Shown here: positions 19,726 through 31,336 of the stretch, in pieces
Layout: every line of letters starts with the position of its first letter
Position numbering within the stretch: the stretch's first letter is position 1
NCBI GenBank assembly: GCA_963758525.1
Contig: CAVWVQ010000003.1
Location: 3,168,001 to 3,232,000, forward strand
Source: an uncultured Phycisphaerales bacterium
GTDB lineage: Bacteria > Planctomycetota > Phycisphaerae > Tepidisphaerales > Tepidisphaeraceae
Direction: 5' to 3'
Length of the DNA: 64,000 nt
Notes under the pieces: model-generated
Seen by the model: only the letters and a program-made list of their open reading frames with translations
Database searches by the model: none
What the model was told of the DNA's origin: nothing
Position numbers and translations under genes: made by a program

Positions 19726-21874
19726 TCATTGCTGCGGCGGCGTCTTTGCCAGCAGCTCCTTCTGAATCGCCCGCAGGTCGTCCAGATAGGAGCCGTCGAG
19801 AGCGGGGTTCATTTTCAGCGCTTCGTCGATCAGCCGCAGGGCGTCGGCCCGGTCTGTCGTGCCCGGATTTGCCATGCCGCTGGCGCAGCGCGTCGGCTTC
19901 CTGAACGATCAGCGACCCCATCGTCTGCTGCTGGGATCGGTTGGCGGCAATCATCTTTTGGGCAAACTGGGCGGCTTCCGGATACTGCCGGCTTTTGAGC
20001 AGCGCGGTCATCTCCTGACCGATCAGAATCTCCGTCACTTCAGTGGAATCGTTCTGGCTCTGCCGGTATTCCAGCGCCTGGGCAAAGTACTTGGCCGCCT
20101 CCTTGGGGTCGCCGAGTTTCATGTAGGTGTCGCCGGTGTCCTGCCGCGAGATGGCAAGGTTGTCCAGATCGTGGTCCTGGAGAAGCTTCGCATTAAGTGC
20201 CAGTTGCACCGCCAGCCGATGAGTCGGCTCATGCGCCAGGCGGGTCGCGGCCCAGTTGTTCAGCGCCTCCTTCGAGGCGGTTGGCAACAGCAATTGAAAC
20301 ACCTGCCATGCCCGGTCGCGCACGCCGGCATCCTGCTCGTTGGTTTTGGGGTTGAAGAAACTATAGAGCGCATCGGCGTCGGCCCCGAAGGTGCCGGTCT
20401 TGCCCAGCGCGTCCAGCGCGCTGAGCTTCACCGGCGTGACGGTTTCCTGCAGCAGCCAGGTGCGGATCGCGTCGTCGGTGTTGGGGTCGCCCAGGTCTCC
20501 CAGCGCGATGAGGGCGGCGGCTCGCGTGCGATCGTTCTGTTCCGGGTCAAGCAGCCGCACAAGGGGTAGCACCAGCGACATCTCATGCAACGGGGCGATT
20601 GCCTCAATGCACGCCGCCTGCAGATCGCCGGAGCCTGGGTCTTTGGACTTTTGCTGATACAGAGCCCAAAGCTCCAGCGCCAGGGAGTGCGCTCCATCCC
20701 GGTCGGATTTGTAGTACGCCGCGCCGAGCGTTCGCAGCGCGTCGGCAGCGGCGCGTTCCACCGCCTCCGACGGATCGTGCAGAAGCTTTCGGAACAGGGG
20801 AATGGCGCGAATGTCGCCGATCTGGGCGACTGCCCCGGTCAGCGCCACCTTCACATCGGGATCGCGCTCGATGCCCAGCTGCGCCATCATCGCATCCAGC
20901 GCGCCGCCGAAGTTGATCGTCTTGAGCGTCCTGGCCGCTTCGAGACGAACGTGCGGATCGCTGTCGCTCACGAGTTCGGTGAGCCGCTGCTTCTGGGCAT
21001 CGGTCGGCGAGGCCTGCCCGCTGAGAAAGGCATCGCGCACCAACCGGGCGCCTACGGCACGCACCTCCGGCACGCTGCTGTTGAGGTATCGCAGAACCGC
21101 CGCGTTTTTGTCCGTGGCTGATTGAAACTCGTCAGTGAGCACGGAGTCCAGCTCGGCAAGCAGCCGGACGTGGCGCTGCGCGATCTCGTCGAGCCGTGCG
21201 TCCCGCGCGGTGTAGACGGCAAGTTTCCAGGCATCGTCATTCTTGCCCGCGTTCGCCAAATACCAGCGCTTCCACGCAGCCGGTTCGCGACCGATGTCGC
21301 TCAGTCCGGTCAGATCCGTCAGCGCGTCGGCAGCCGCGTTTTGCACCGTAGCGCTCTCGCGATCGTCGTTGAGCAAATCGACCAGGGCGCCGGCCACGCG
21401 CTTATCGACAATTGACGCGGAGGCGCGAATGACGATGGCGCGCAGTCCCGCGGGCTGGCGCATGTCGCGGGCAAAATCGAGCAGGTGCTGCCGCGCGGAC
21501 GGGATCCCTCCCAGCCGAGCGAGGGCTCGCGCCGCGGCTTCGTCCAGATTGCGATCCCCGCTCAGGAGATTGGCCAGCGGCTCGATGAATTCCGGATCGG
21601 GGTTCGCGGCGTCAGCCTCGGCCCGGGCCACGGCAAGCTGGGCGTCGTGGCCGCCGTTGGCCAGTGCCGCCAGCAAGGTCGCTTTGCCTGAAGGATTCCC
21701 CAGCGCCACCAGCCGCCGCGCCGCCTCGTCGCGCTCGGCCTGCGACACTGATCTGGCCGTGATCCGCGCCGCGAGCACCGCCGGCTGCGTCGCGGGGGGA
21801 TTGATCGCCGCCGCGGACTGTCCGCTGGAGGCGCGGGGATGCAAAAGGGCGGCGAGCCCTGCCACCACTGTCAT
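19726..21874 (-). CDS. Exported HEAT-repeat protein (probable frameshift near 19885)
   Basis: Many HEAT repeats and an ATQPA linker. An alternative frame gives a helical C-terminus ending at 19726. Start uncertain. Confidence 0.8.
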
Positions 21875-22200
21875 GCTAGTCCGCCGCCATAATGCCACCG
21901 TCGCAACCCGTCTCGTCTGTTGAATTGATATCGTCGTCGCTGAAACGTTACCGTATTTTATCTTCGCAAAAAAGCGGAGGTCCGGCGCTGCGATGCCGCC
22001 GGCGCGGCAAACAATTCCAGCTCGGCGCCGTTCTTCCCAGCGCCTCGGAGGCCGTTTGCGGGACAGCGGCGCCGCGTGCGATGCGGCGGCCAGCAAAAAA
22101 TTGCGGGAATTTCGCCGCGAACTTTCTTGCCAATGCGGCGTGAGTACGATAAGTAAAGCGTTCAGTCGCAGCGAATCGGCGGTGAGCGGAGCGACGGCCC

Positions 22201-23541
22201 ATGAACGACTGGAATGATGCCGAGCGTCGGGTCGAAAAGGCCCAGGAATTGTTCGAGCAGCATCGCTGGAACGAGGCTCTGGAGGAGCTGCGCGCCGCCA
22301 TCTCCATCAACCCTTACAACAGCGGCTGGTTCTTCAATATCGGACTGACGCTCGACGAGATGGAGCGTTTCGGGGAAGCCATCGACGCCTATCAGCATGC
22401 CCTGGAAATCGATCCCGATGATCTGCAGGCGATGCAGCACCTGGGGGTCGATCTGCATCGGCTGGGGAATCTCCCAAAGGCCTTGAAGATTTTCGAGAAG
22501 ATGGAAGCCGTCGATGCGTCCTGCGAGGCGTCTTATTGCCATCGCATCATGATCTACGCCGACATGGCTGACCACGAGCGGGCCGAGGAGATGTTCTATC
22601 TCGCCCGGCTCTACAAGGAGCATTGCCCCCATTGCTACTACAACATGGGCTGCAGCCTTCGCGATCGCCGACTGTTCGATAAAGCAATCTATTGCTGGCA
22701 GAAAACGCTCGATCTTGATGATTCATACCCGCAGGTGCAGGTCCGCATCGCCGAGGCGCTGTGGGGAAAAGGTGAGCTGGAATCGGCCCGGCAGCATTTC
22801 CTCATCGGTCTGCGCCAGGACCCCGGCAACACGCGAATGGTCCTCGATCTTGGCGAGCTGCTCTCGGAAATGGGACGTTGGGAGGAAGCCGGCGAAAAAT
22901 TCCGCCGGGCTCTGGAGCTCAACCCCGAGGAGCCGGCGGGCTACTTCTATTATGGTCAATGGCTTGCCCGGACCGGGCAGCAAACAGACGCAATTGCTTC
23001 CCTCGCCAAGGCGCTTTCGCTGGATCCCACGTTTCCCGGCGCTCATTTGCGGCTTGCCGAGTTGTATCATTCGCAACGCGATCCGCTCGCGGTACGCCAG
23101 CACTTGCGAGCGGAAATGATGCTTCGTCCGCAGGAGCCTCATCTCCTGCTGGATCTGGCGAATCTGCTCTCCGACACCGCCCAGGAGCGCGCTGCCATCG
23201 CCTGCCTGAAGCGCCTCACGCAGATCGCCCCAGAGAGCCCGCTTGGCTGGCAGAATCTTTCCGTCGCCCAGTTTCTCGCCGGCCGCTACGACGAAGGAAT
23301 CGAGAGCTGCCGCGCGGCATTGAAGCTGGAGCCGAAAAATACCTCCGTTCTCTACAACGTCGCCGCCGCCTTTGAGCGGCAAGGCCGATTGGCCCGTGCC
23401 ATCATCTGGACGCGCCGCGGTCTGGCGGTCGATCGTGATGACCCCTCGCTGCAACGGCTCGAACTCCGCGTGCGCTTCCTCCGCTGGCGCGACCGGGTCA
23501 TCAAGTCCTGCCGCCGGCTTTTAGGCCGCGGTCAGCGCTGA
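22201..23541 (+). CDS. Tetratricopeptide repeat protein
   Basis: Successive TPR units (AIDAYQHALEIDP, RRALELNP, KALSLDP). Confidence 0.92.
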   Translation: MNDWNDAERRVEKAQELFEQHRWNEALEELRAAISINPYNSGWFFNIGLTLDEMERFGEAIDAYQHALEIDPDDLQAMQHLGVDLHRLGNLPKALKIFEKMEAVDASCEASYCHRIMIYADMADHERAEEMFYLARLYKEHCPHCYYNMGCSLRDRRLFDKAIYCWQKTLDLDDSYPQVQVRIAEALWGKGELESARQHFLIGLRQDPGNTRMVLDLGELLSEMGRWEEAGEKFRRALELNPEEPAGYFYYGQWLARTGQQTDAIASLAKALSLDPTFPGAHLRLAELYHSQRDPLAVRQHLRAEMMLRPQEPHLLLDLANLLSDTAQERAAIACLKRLTQIAPESPLGWQNLSVAQFLAGRYDEGIESCRAALKLEPKNTSVLYNVAAAFERQGRLARAIIWTRRGLAVDRDDPSLQRLELRVRFLRWRDRVIKSCRRLLGRGQR

Positions 23542-23582
23542 TCCCCCCAAAGGATCACCGTGAGGGGCTGCGCATGAATAAT

Positions 23583-23930
23583 CTATTCCTCCGGCGGCGT
23601 TTTGAATCGCCGTGCAGATTCGGACCACGCATCCGGGTAAACGGTCGCCTTCCGCTTTCCGCTCATGTTGCGGCTCGTGCGACTCGCCGATCGCAACGCG
23701 ATGAGCAGCAGCCCCAACAGTCCGATCAGCAACACCGTCAGAAGCAACTGCGAGTCGGCAGCAAGCACGCGGCGCTGTGCCGCCGTCGCGGTCTTCGCCA
23801 CCTTCATCGCCGGAATGAGATAGAAACGGCAAATGAAAATCAGCAGAATCGTAAACGCCGAAAGGTAGATCAACAGCGGCACGAAAGATCGCGCCATGCG
23901 GTTCACGCTGCGTACGCGAAAGGGATCCAT
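23583..23930 (-). CDS. Small 2-TM membrane protein
   Basis: Two hydrophobic helices and a YPDAWSESARR tail. Confidence 0.65.
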   Translation of the reverse strand: MDPFRVRSVNRMARSFVPLLIYLSAFTILLIFICRFYLIPAMKVAKTATAAQRRVLAADSQLLLTVLLIGLLGLLLIALRSASRTSRNMSGKRKATVYPDAWSESARRFKTPPEE

Positions 23931-24031
23931 TGCTTCTCGTTCGAAATCGCGATGACGTATCTTTGATATTGCGCCAGAGTGCAAATCGCGCTATTCCTAT
24001 CCTTCTCGCGTGCACAGCACTCCAAATTGCC

Positions 24032-24138
24032 TTAGCCGCCCCGCTTGCGGGGCGTGTCCAGCGGCGCGTTCACGCGATCATCTTGCAATTTCCAGTTGCC
24101 CCGCGGTGCTGGACGCGCCTCGCAAGCGAGGCGGCTAA
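24032..24138. repeat. 31-bp inverted repeat (TTAG-REP-like)
   Basis: Arms 24032-24062 and 24108-24138 match at 28/31. Confidence 0.85.
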
Positions 24139-24229
24139 AGGAATCGGAGTGCTGCGCACACATTGAAGATGCTCTCGCTCGCATTCTCATGCTTTGGGAG
24201 TTCCAACGGCGCAAGACCGCGTCGCCTCC

Positions 24230-25225
24230 TCACCACCGCATATCCGCCCGCGCGTTCACGGGGAATCGCTTTTCCAGCTCCTTGATTGCCTCTCGCCCCT
24301 CGGCATCAATTTCTTTCGGAACGATCACCTTCACGATCACCAGTTGATCTCCCTTTTCCCCGGCACGCTCGACGCCTCGGCCCTTGATCCGCAGCTTTGC
24401 TCCGCTGCTGGTCCCCGGTGGAATCGTCAGCGTCACCGGCTTGTCGAGCGTCGGGACTTCGATCTTCGCGCCAAGAAACGCCTCATACACGCTGATCGGC
24501 AGATCGAGCAGCACATCCAGCCCGTCGCGGCGGAAGAAGCGGTGGGGGAGCACATTCGTGACGATGAACAGGTCGCCCGGCTCTCCGCCGCTCTGCTGGC
24601 CGCGCCCCTTGATGCGAACCCGGCTTCCCTCTTTCACGCCGGCGGGGACTTTCACGTCCAGCGTCTCAATCTTTCCGTCTCGGTCCACCTTCAGCGTCAG
24701 ATCCGTCCCGCGGGCGGCCTGCTCGAAGGTGAGCGTCACCGGATGCTCCAGATCGGCGCCGCGCTGCGGCTCGGGTTTCGCACGGCCACGCGATCTTCCG
24801 CTCCGCGTGCCGCCCGCGCCGAACATCTGCTCGAAAATTTCCGAGAAATCGCCGCCGCCCCCGGCGCCCCCGAAGTCGAAGTCTTCCACGCTCACCCCTG
24901 GCGATGCCCGCCATCCTGACTGGCCTCGCTTGCCGCCCCCTTTCTCGGCGCGACGGAACGCTTCAAATGGATCGCCGTTTCGCGCGCCTCCCGCCGCGCC
25001 CCCCACGCCGGCGTGGCCAAACTGGTCATAGTTCTGACGTTTGGTGGAATCCGAGAGAACGTCGTACGCCTCCTGGATTTCCTTGAACTTCTCCTCCGCT
25101 TCCTTATTGGCCTTGTTGCGGTCCGGATGATATTTCATCGCCAGCTTGCGGTGCGCGCTTTTGATTTCGTCCGCGGTCGCCGTGCGGGAGACACCGAGAG
25201 ATTCGTAATAGTCGCGTTGAGCCAT
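24230..25225 (-). CDS. DnaJ class B / CbpA-like chaperone (no zinc finger)
   Basis: KYHPD J-domain, G/F-rich linker and DnaJ C-terminal domain. No CxxCxGxG repeats. Confidence 0.93.
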   Translation of the reverse strand: MAQRDYYESLGVSRTATADEIKSAHRKLAMKYHPDRNKANKEAEEKFKEIQEAYDVLSDSTKRQNYDQFGHAGVGGAAGGARNGDPFEAFRRAEKGGGKRGQSGWRASPGVSVEDFDFGGAGGGGDFSEIFEQMFGAGGTRSGRSRGRAKPEPQRGADLEHPVTLTFEQAARGTDLTLKVDRDGKIETLDVKVPAGVKEGSRVRIKGRGQQSGGEPGDLFIVTNVLPHRFFRRDGLDVLLDLPISVYEAFLGAKIEVPTLDKPVTLTIPPGTSSGAKLRIKGRGVERAGEKGDQLVIVKVIVPKEIDAEGREAIKELEKRFPVNARADMRW

Positions 25226-25288
25226 GATGGTTTTATTCGCCTCTGTCGAGTTCAATCATATCATAGCGGCCCTTGAATCGAAGGGACC

Positions 25289-26476
25289 GTGCTGATGATC
25301 GCAAGCGAGAATCCGAATGCCATTCCTGACGAGACACTCCCCCGCGAGCCGAAAACGCGGTGGGACCGCGTCATCGCCAGCACGCCCGTGGTGATGACCG
25401 TGGTGGCAACGATACTGGCAGGCCTCTCCTCAAGCGAGATGACTGCCGCACAATATCACCGGTCGATGGCCGCCCAGTTTCAGTCCAAGGCGGGCGATCA
25501 ATGGGGTTTTTATCAGGCCAAGCGCCTTCGCGAAAGCGGCAACCAGAACAGCGTCGATCTGTTGGAGGGACTCACCGGCCCCGCGACGCTCCAGGCTCAG
25601 ACGTTCGCCTCGCAGGTGCGGGAGATGCAAGCCCGCCTGGATCGGTTCGACAGTTCCGCCTCGGGGTTGATCGCATCAAACAGCCTCGCCAATCCCGGCG
25701 AGCTGAAGGATCTGCTCGTCCAGTCCAATCAGCAGCAGAAAATGCTCGCGCCGCAATGGCAGGCGGCGCTGGCCGATCCGCAGGTGCAGCTCGCGTTGAA
25801 ATATCTTACCGGTGACGAACTTCTGACGATCAATGAACAGCGGCGCGATGTCCCGGCAATTTCGAATCTGCTGCAGGCAATCGACGCCGGCAAGAACGAA
25901 GCGGAGACCGCCGATCTCGTGAAGCAGGTGAACCGCAAGGACCTCGACGACGTCGAGGCTGCCGCCAACGCGAACGCGACGGCGTTCGATGCCTCCACCA
26001 AGCCGATCATCGCATCGATCGACCGCCTGGCCCTGATGGTCGCCAGCCAGGCCGCAATGGTTCGGCGGCTGGGGCGCGATGTCGCAAGCGCGCTCGCATC
26101 CGCTCCTCCCGACGCGATCGAGGCAATGCAGCTTCTGCGGGACGCCAGCGTGCTGCGCCAGCTTGGCGACGATCTGATGGGCAGTTTCTCCGCCGCCCGG
26201 CTTCGGTTTGACGCCCGCCGCTATCACCAGGAGGCGGCGTACAATCTTGCCGTCGCCCGGCTCTACGAGGTGGAGGTTCGTCGCAGCGGCCGAATGTCCG
26301 ATCGCAATCGCGATCGAAGCAAAAACTTCTTCTACGGCATGCTCGTCGCCCAGGCCGCCGTCACGTTCGCGACGTTTTCTCTCGCGGTGAAACAGCGCAG
26401 CCTGCTCTGGGCACTGGCCAGCGGCGCAGGCTTGCTGGCGGTGGGGCTGGGGGTGTACGTGTATTTGTTTACTTGA
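25289..26476 (+). CDS. DUF4337-like membrane protein with a large helical insert
   Basis: N-terminal TM, KAGDQWGFYQAK motif and two C-terminal TMs. Confidence 0.7.
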   Translation: MLMIASENPNAIPDETLPREPKTRWDRVIASTPVVMTVVATILAGLSSSEMTAAQYHRSMAAQFQSKAGDQWGFYQAKRLRESGNQNSVDLLEGLTGPATLQAQTFASQVREMQARLDRFDSSASGLIASNSLANPGELKDLLVQSNQQQKMLAPQWQAALADPQVQLALKYLTGDELLTINEQRRDVPAISNLLQAIDAGKNEAETADLVKQVNRKDLDDVEAAANANATAFDASTKPIIASIDRLALMVASQAAMVRRLGRDVASALASAPPDAIEAMQLLRDASVLRQLGDDLMGSFSAARLRFDARRYHQEAAYNLAVARLYEVEVRRSGRMSDRNRDRSKNFFYGMLVAQAAVTFATFSLAVKQRSLLWALASGAGLLAVGLGVYVYLFT

Positions 26477-26578
26477 TCGGGCGATCGGGTGATGCTGAAC
26501 GCCTTCACCGCGCGATCATCCACGGACACCATCTATCGATCGCGTGATGTTGAGACAAGTTGAGACCTGGAGCGACTC

Positions 26579-27578
26579 ATGCAGGCAATGGTTCTAACAG
26601 CCCCCGGCCCAATCGAGACTTCGCCGCTGGCGCTGCGCGAGCTGCCGGTGCCCGAGCCGACGGGGGACAGCATTCGCATCAAGGTCCAGGCGTGCGGAAT
26701 CTGCCGGACGGATCTGCATGTGACGGAAGGGGAGCTTCCGCCGCACCAAGCGCAGATCGTGCCGGGGCATCAGGTGGTTGGTGCCGTCGATGCGATCGGC
26801 CCGGAAGCTTCACGGTTCAAGCTTGGAGATCGCGTCGGCATCGCCTGGCTTCGCTCCACCTGCGGCGTCTGCCGGTATTGCCGCGCCGGGAACGAAAACC
26901 TTTGCCCCAACGCTCTTTTCACCGGCTACGACGAAGACGGCGGATTCGCCGAGTATGCGCTGGTTCGTGACAGCTTTGCGTATGCGATTCCTGCCGCGAT
27001 CGACAGTGCGACCGCGACGCCGCTGCTGTGCGCGGGAATCATTGGATATCGCGCGCTGCACCGGGCAAATCTGCGCCCGGCTGCCGGCTGGGGCTGTATG
27101 GATTCGGCTCGTCAGCCCACTTGGCCATTCAAATTGCCGTGCATCTCAAATGCACCGTTTATGTAATGACGCGCGACGAAAAGCATCAGGCCCTGGCTCG
27201 CGATCTGGCGCCGCCTGGGCGGGCGCGGCGGAAGAGCGTCCGCCCGAGCCGCTCGACAGCGCGGTGCTTTTCGCGCCGATTGGGAAACTGGTGCCAACCG
27301 CTCTCGAATCGCTCGACCGAGGCGGAACGCTCGCCGTGGCGGGCATCTATCTCACGCAGATACCGCCGTTGGATTATGAACGTCACCTCTTCCAGGAAAA
27401 AACATTGAAGAGCGTCACCGCCAATACCCGCGCCGACGGGGAGGAGCTGCTGAAGATTGCCGCGGAAATCCCGCTGCAGCCGCGCATCACGCATTTCCCG
27501 CTACGCGACGCCAATCGCGCCCTCCAGCAGCTCAAGCACGACGGCATTCAGGGCTCCGGTGTTCTGGTTTTTCCTTGA
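26579..27578 (+). CDS. Zinc-dependent alcohol dehydrogenase (two apparent frameshifts near 27075 and 27205)
   Basis: [34 protein letters not shown] and SVTANTR motifs spread over three frames. Confidence 0.88.
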
Positions 27579-28051
27579 CGGCCTTGGCTGAAGCTTGTGT
27601 CTGCTTGAAAAGAACGCGTGCCCAGCTTCCCCTAGCTGCCATTAAATTAATCAGGAACCTCCCGCTCCTTCTCCAATTGCTCAATTCGGGGCAACCCGCA
27701 ACGAGTCGATCTGCTTCCATCTGTTTTTGTTTCTTTGAATGGGCCGAGCAATCCCGCTGCCCACCGCCAAAATGTTGCCTCGACTCACCGCGTCGCGAAA
27801 CCCTTTGCCAGTAATTGGATATGATTCTCGTCAACAGCGATCGTCGATGGCTTCTCCGGTTTTGAAAGCCGCAAGTTGACATCGATTGTTGGTAAAGAGT
27901 ACGCCGCTCCGCAACCCGGCGATGTATCGGTATGATGGTTGCACTTGGTCCGGGTTGAAGCTGTCTGCCCCAACCCTGATGTAGAGGGATCTCGGGGCTG
28001 TTCGGTTCAGTTTCTCGGGTAACTTGGGATGGTGCGAAGGAGACGCAATCG

Positions 28052-28954
28052 TTGAAACGTTGCAAAGCGAAAGCATTTACGCTGATTGAATTACTTGTTG
28101 TGATCGGGATCATCGCGGTGCTGATCTCGATCCTGCTGCCCGTGCTGGCTCGCGCTCGTGAACAAGCCACCACCTTGAAATGCCTGGCCAATCTCCGCAC
28201 CTGCGGGCAGGCCTTCGAAATGTACGCCGACGAGCACAAGGGATACCTTCCCTATCCCCTGGTGACGTTGTTTGGCGAGCAGACATACTGGTTCACCGCG
28301 CTCGACCCCTACCTCAGCTCCGTTGCCAATTCCAGTCGCTCGGGTGTTGCTGGGCTGCGGGCTTTCAGCGAGTACAAGCAATGTCCGTTGGTCAACAACC
28401 TGTTTAATCTCGCCGACAACAGCCAGGACGGCGGCACCGGCGCGGTAAACAACACAACCGAAGATACCAGAAGCTACAAGATGAACGCGTGCCTGCGGCA
28501 TGCCATACCAATCACCGCAACGACGGCTACTTACTCCCTGGCGAAGATGGCACGGGTACCGAATTCCAGTAACTTCGTCCTGATGGGCGACGGAATTTCA
28601 ATGGATATCACTGGCCTCACACCGAGCCAAACGCAGAGCGGCGATTCTGAAATGGATGTTAACGGGCATACGCTGGGCGTTACTTCCTGCCCGATGCTGC
28701 GACATCGCGGCGCCTGCAACATCGTCTTCGTCGACGGGCACGCTGAAACACTGACATTGCCGCTGGAGTCGCCCACGAAAGTACTCACCGGCAGCCCCGC
28801 CACGCCCGTTCCGACGTGGCAAAGTGAATACGTTGACTCCAGCGGAACTGAAGTCTGGATGACCTCCGCAAAAACGCCGGCAGTCGCCTCTCCCTACTTC
28901 CGCAACCCGAATATGCCGTTGCAATGGAGCGAAATCGGGAATCTCAGTCGCTGA
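28052..28954 (+). CDS. Prepilin-type N-methylation protein with a C-terminal H-X9-DG motif (DUF1559-like)
   Basis: AFTLIELLVVIGIIAVLISILLP and RHRGACNIVFVDGHAE. Confidence 0.92.
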   Translation: MKRCKAKAFTLIELLVVIGIIAVLISILLPVLARAREQATTLKCLANLRTCGQAFEMYADEHKGYLPYPLVTLFGEQTYWFTALDPYLSSVANSSRSGVAGLRAFSEYKQCPLVNNLFNLADNSQDGGTGAVNNTTEDTRSYKMNACLRHAIPITATTATYSLAKMARVPNSSNFVLMGDGISMDITGLTPSQTQSGDSEMDVNGHTLGVTSCPMLRHRGACNIVFVDGHAETLTLPLESPTKVLTGSPATPVPTWQSEYVDSSGTEVWMTSAKTPAVASPYFRNPNMPLQWSEIGNLSR

Positions 28955-29104
28955 TCTTGCGACACCTTGCGGTGGCATACCCGCCAGTAAGTTCGAACAG
29001 CGGTGCAACCCGCGCAATAGAAAGCAAGCCGCTCTGGCATGAGCGGCTTGCGGGGTCCGTCGCGAGTTGTGCAATCAGCCGGCGTTCGTTTGACGCCCAT
29101 TTCT

Positions 29105-31336
29105 CTACGAGACCGGGTCAACCTGCCGTCGCCGCCGGCGCACCAAGACCGGGCCTGTGCCAACAATGAAGAGCAGAGCTGTTCCTGGCTCTGGAGTTGC
29201 ATTGTAAACAACATCCAGCGTTCCGCCTGTGCCGCCACCCGAACCGATGAACTCAAGGTAGGCGGTCCCATTGGTCCCGTCGCTGGCTGAGCCGTTGGCA
29301 AACCCGCTGGTGTCGAGGGCAAACGCATTGCTGTCCGCGACCGACGCCGCATTCGGGCCGGTGAGAATGATCGTCGCTCCCGAACCGGCGACAACGCCTG
29401 GGATGTTCGAGGATGCCAATGAGGCGATCTCAAACGTGCCGCCGCTGAAGTAGGCGATCGCAGTTCCTGAAGTCGGCGTCGATCCGCCGAAGCTTTGCAC
29501 GGAGACTGTGAACGGTGACGTTGGCGCGGAAGGAACGATCAGCGCCTGCATATTGATCAAGTCCCAGTTTGTGCCCGCTGTTCCTGGACCGGGGCTGGGA
29601 AGATCATTGAGCTTCCAGACGTAGGACCCGCCGGAGTTCCACGCCTGATCGCCGGTGGTAAAGGCGCCGGCATGAGTGGCGTCGGCGCCCGCGGTCACCT
29701 TGGCTCCTGCGTTAACCATGACCGCACCGGATACTGAACCGCTTCCGCCGAATGTTCCGCCGCTCGCGATGGTGATGCCGAGCGTTCCGGTCCCGGAGCC
29801 GGAGGCGTTATTCACCCGAAGCGTGCCGCCGCTCACTATTGTTCCGCCGGTATAAGTATTTGATCCGCCTATGGTTTGTATTCCGGATCCGGTCTTTACC
29901 AGCGCAATGGCGCCCGTGATGACGCCTGACGTCGCTGCCGTGGAACCGCCGTAGCTATAAGTGCCGCTGCCGCCGAGCGTGAGGGTGGAACTGCCTGTTG
30001 AGGTGGTCACGGTATTCTGCGTTGTGACCGTGCTGGTTCCGAGGTAAGCAATCGAATTGAGCCCCGCGATTTGCTGGTTGACACCATCTAGGTCGAGCGT
30101 CCCTGTGTTCGCACTCCCAAGGGCTAGAGCCGTCCCGGCCGTTCCGATGCTGACGGTAGTGCCGATCGGCAGGCGATCATTCGCGGTGGTGACCTGTAGT
30201 GTGCCCGCATTAATGGCTGTTGCCCCGCTATAGGTGCTTGATCCGCCCAAACGCATAATGCCCGGACCCGCCTTGGCCCACGCACCCGTCTTGCCGGCGG
30301 CGTCGGAGATGACCCCGTTGTAGGTCAGATCGCCAGCGGGGTCGGCCACGTTAATGCTTGTTCCGGCGGTATCCCCGACCTGAATGCTCCGACTCGGGCT
30401 CCAAGTGGAAGTGACGCCAGTACCTGTGGCGCCGGCGGAGGTCAGCCGGCCGCCGTCAACAACGATAGACGTGCTGGTGCCGAAGCTGCCGTCATTGGCG
30501 AAGCCCACCTCGCCTCCGGTAATGGTGATCGGGCCGGCAAACGCATTGGACGCGTTCGTGAGGTAAATGGCACCGGTGCCCGAGCCGTTGAAACTGAGCC
30601 CCGCGCTGCCGCTGCCGGTTACGACGCCCGTGAACGCGCGGCTGCCGCTGGTCGAGTCTGTAATGGTTCGCGTTGCGGAGCCGATGCCGATCGCATTTTT
30701 CCAGACGTCATTTCCGGTACCGGAAAAGGTAAAGTCGCCACCGATCGTAAGAGAGGATGAAGTGTACGTCAGCCCGAGCGATGATTGGATGGTTCCGCCG
30801 TTAATTGTCATCGCACCGGAGCTAAACGAGTTGGTTCCAGAGACGATGACGGTGCCGGCGTTGAGCGTGAAGCCTCCGTCGTATCTCACATTTGTGCCCG
30901 GTCCTGGACCCCAGTTCAGAGTTCCAGTGCCGCTCTTGATGATCCCCGCTCCCTCGTTGCCGCTGGCCGTGGATTGGCTTTGGCCGGTCCAGTTGAGCGT
31001 GGATCCCGTGCCAATATTGAAGGTGCGGATCCCGCCTAACGTGAGCGTTCCCGCCTGCGTGATCGTCACTGTTTTGCCGTCAGAGACAGTGACATTACCT
31101 ACTGTGGTCGTGCCGAATTTTAACGTCGAATTGTCAGTGAAATTTGCATTGTTCGCAGGAACCCACGTACTGCCGCCGGTGGCTGTAGCGGAACTGCTCC
31201 AAAACGCGGACCCTGTCCAGGTGCCGGTAGTCGTTCCATCAGTGCGCCAGTACTGATCGGCCGCGTGTGCGAGTGGTGAAGCCGCGGCGATTGCTGCCGC
31301 GATAATTGAACATTGGGATCTACATCTCTTTTTCAT
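29105..31336 (-). CDS. PEP-CTERM surface protein with autotransporter-associated beta-strand repeats
   Basis: Signal peptide, KTGSGIQTIGGSNTYTGGTIVSGGTL-type repeats and a TPEPG-TM-RRRRR tail. Confidence 0.92.
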   Translation of the reverse strand: MKKRCRSQCSIIAAAIAAASPLAHAADQYWRTDGTTTGTWTGSAFWSSSATATGGSTWVPANNANFTDNSTLKFGTTTVGNVTVSDGKTVTITQAGTLTLGGIRTFNIGTGSTLNWTGQSQSTASGNEGAGIIKSGTGTLNWGPGPGTNVRYDGGFTLNAGTVIVSGTNSFSSGAMTINGGTIQSSLGLTYTSSSLTIGGDFTFSGTGNDVWKNAIGIGSATRTITDSTSGSRAFTGVVTGSGSAGLSFNGSGTGAIYLTNASNAFAGPITITGGEVGFANDGSFGTSTSIVVDGGRLTSAGATGTGVTSTWSPSRSIQVGDTAGTSINVADPAGDLTYNGVISDAAGKTGAWAKAGPGIMRLGGSSTYSGATAINAGTLQVTTANDRLPIGTTVSIGTAGTALALGSANTGTLDLDGVNQQIAGLNSIAYLGTSTVTTQNTVTTSTGSSTLTLGGSGTYSYGGSTAATSGVITGAIALVKTGSGIQTIGGSNTYTGGTIVSGGTLRVNNASGSGTGTLGITIASGGTFGGSGSVSGAVMVNAGAKVTAGADATHAGAFTTGDQAWNSGGSYVWKLNDLPSPGPGTAGTNWDLINMQALIVPSAPTSPFTVSVQSFGGSTPTSGTAIAYFSGGTFEIASLASSNIPGVVAGSGATIILTGPNAASVADSNAFALDTSGFANGSASDGTNGTAYLEFIGSGGGTGGTLDVVYNATPEPGTALLFIVGTGPVLVRRRRRQVDPVS

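Noticed and set aside
28052..28065. Near-palindrome TTGAAACGTTGCAA at the prepilin-like start as an operator
   Set aside because: Single imperfect instance overlapping coding sequence, with no regulator nearby.
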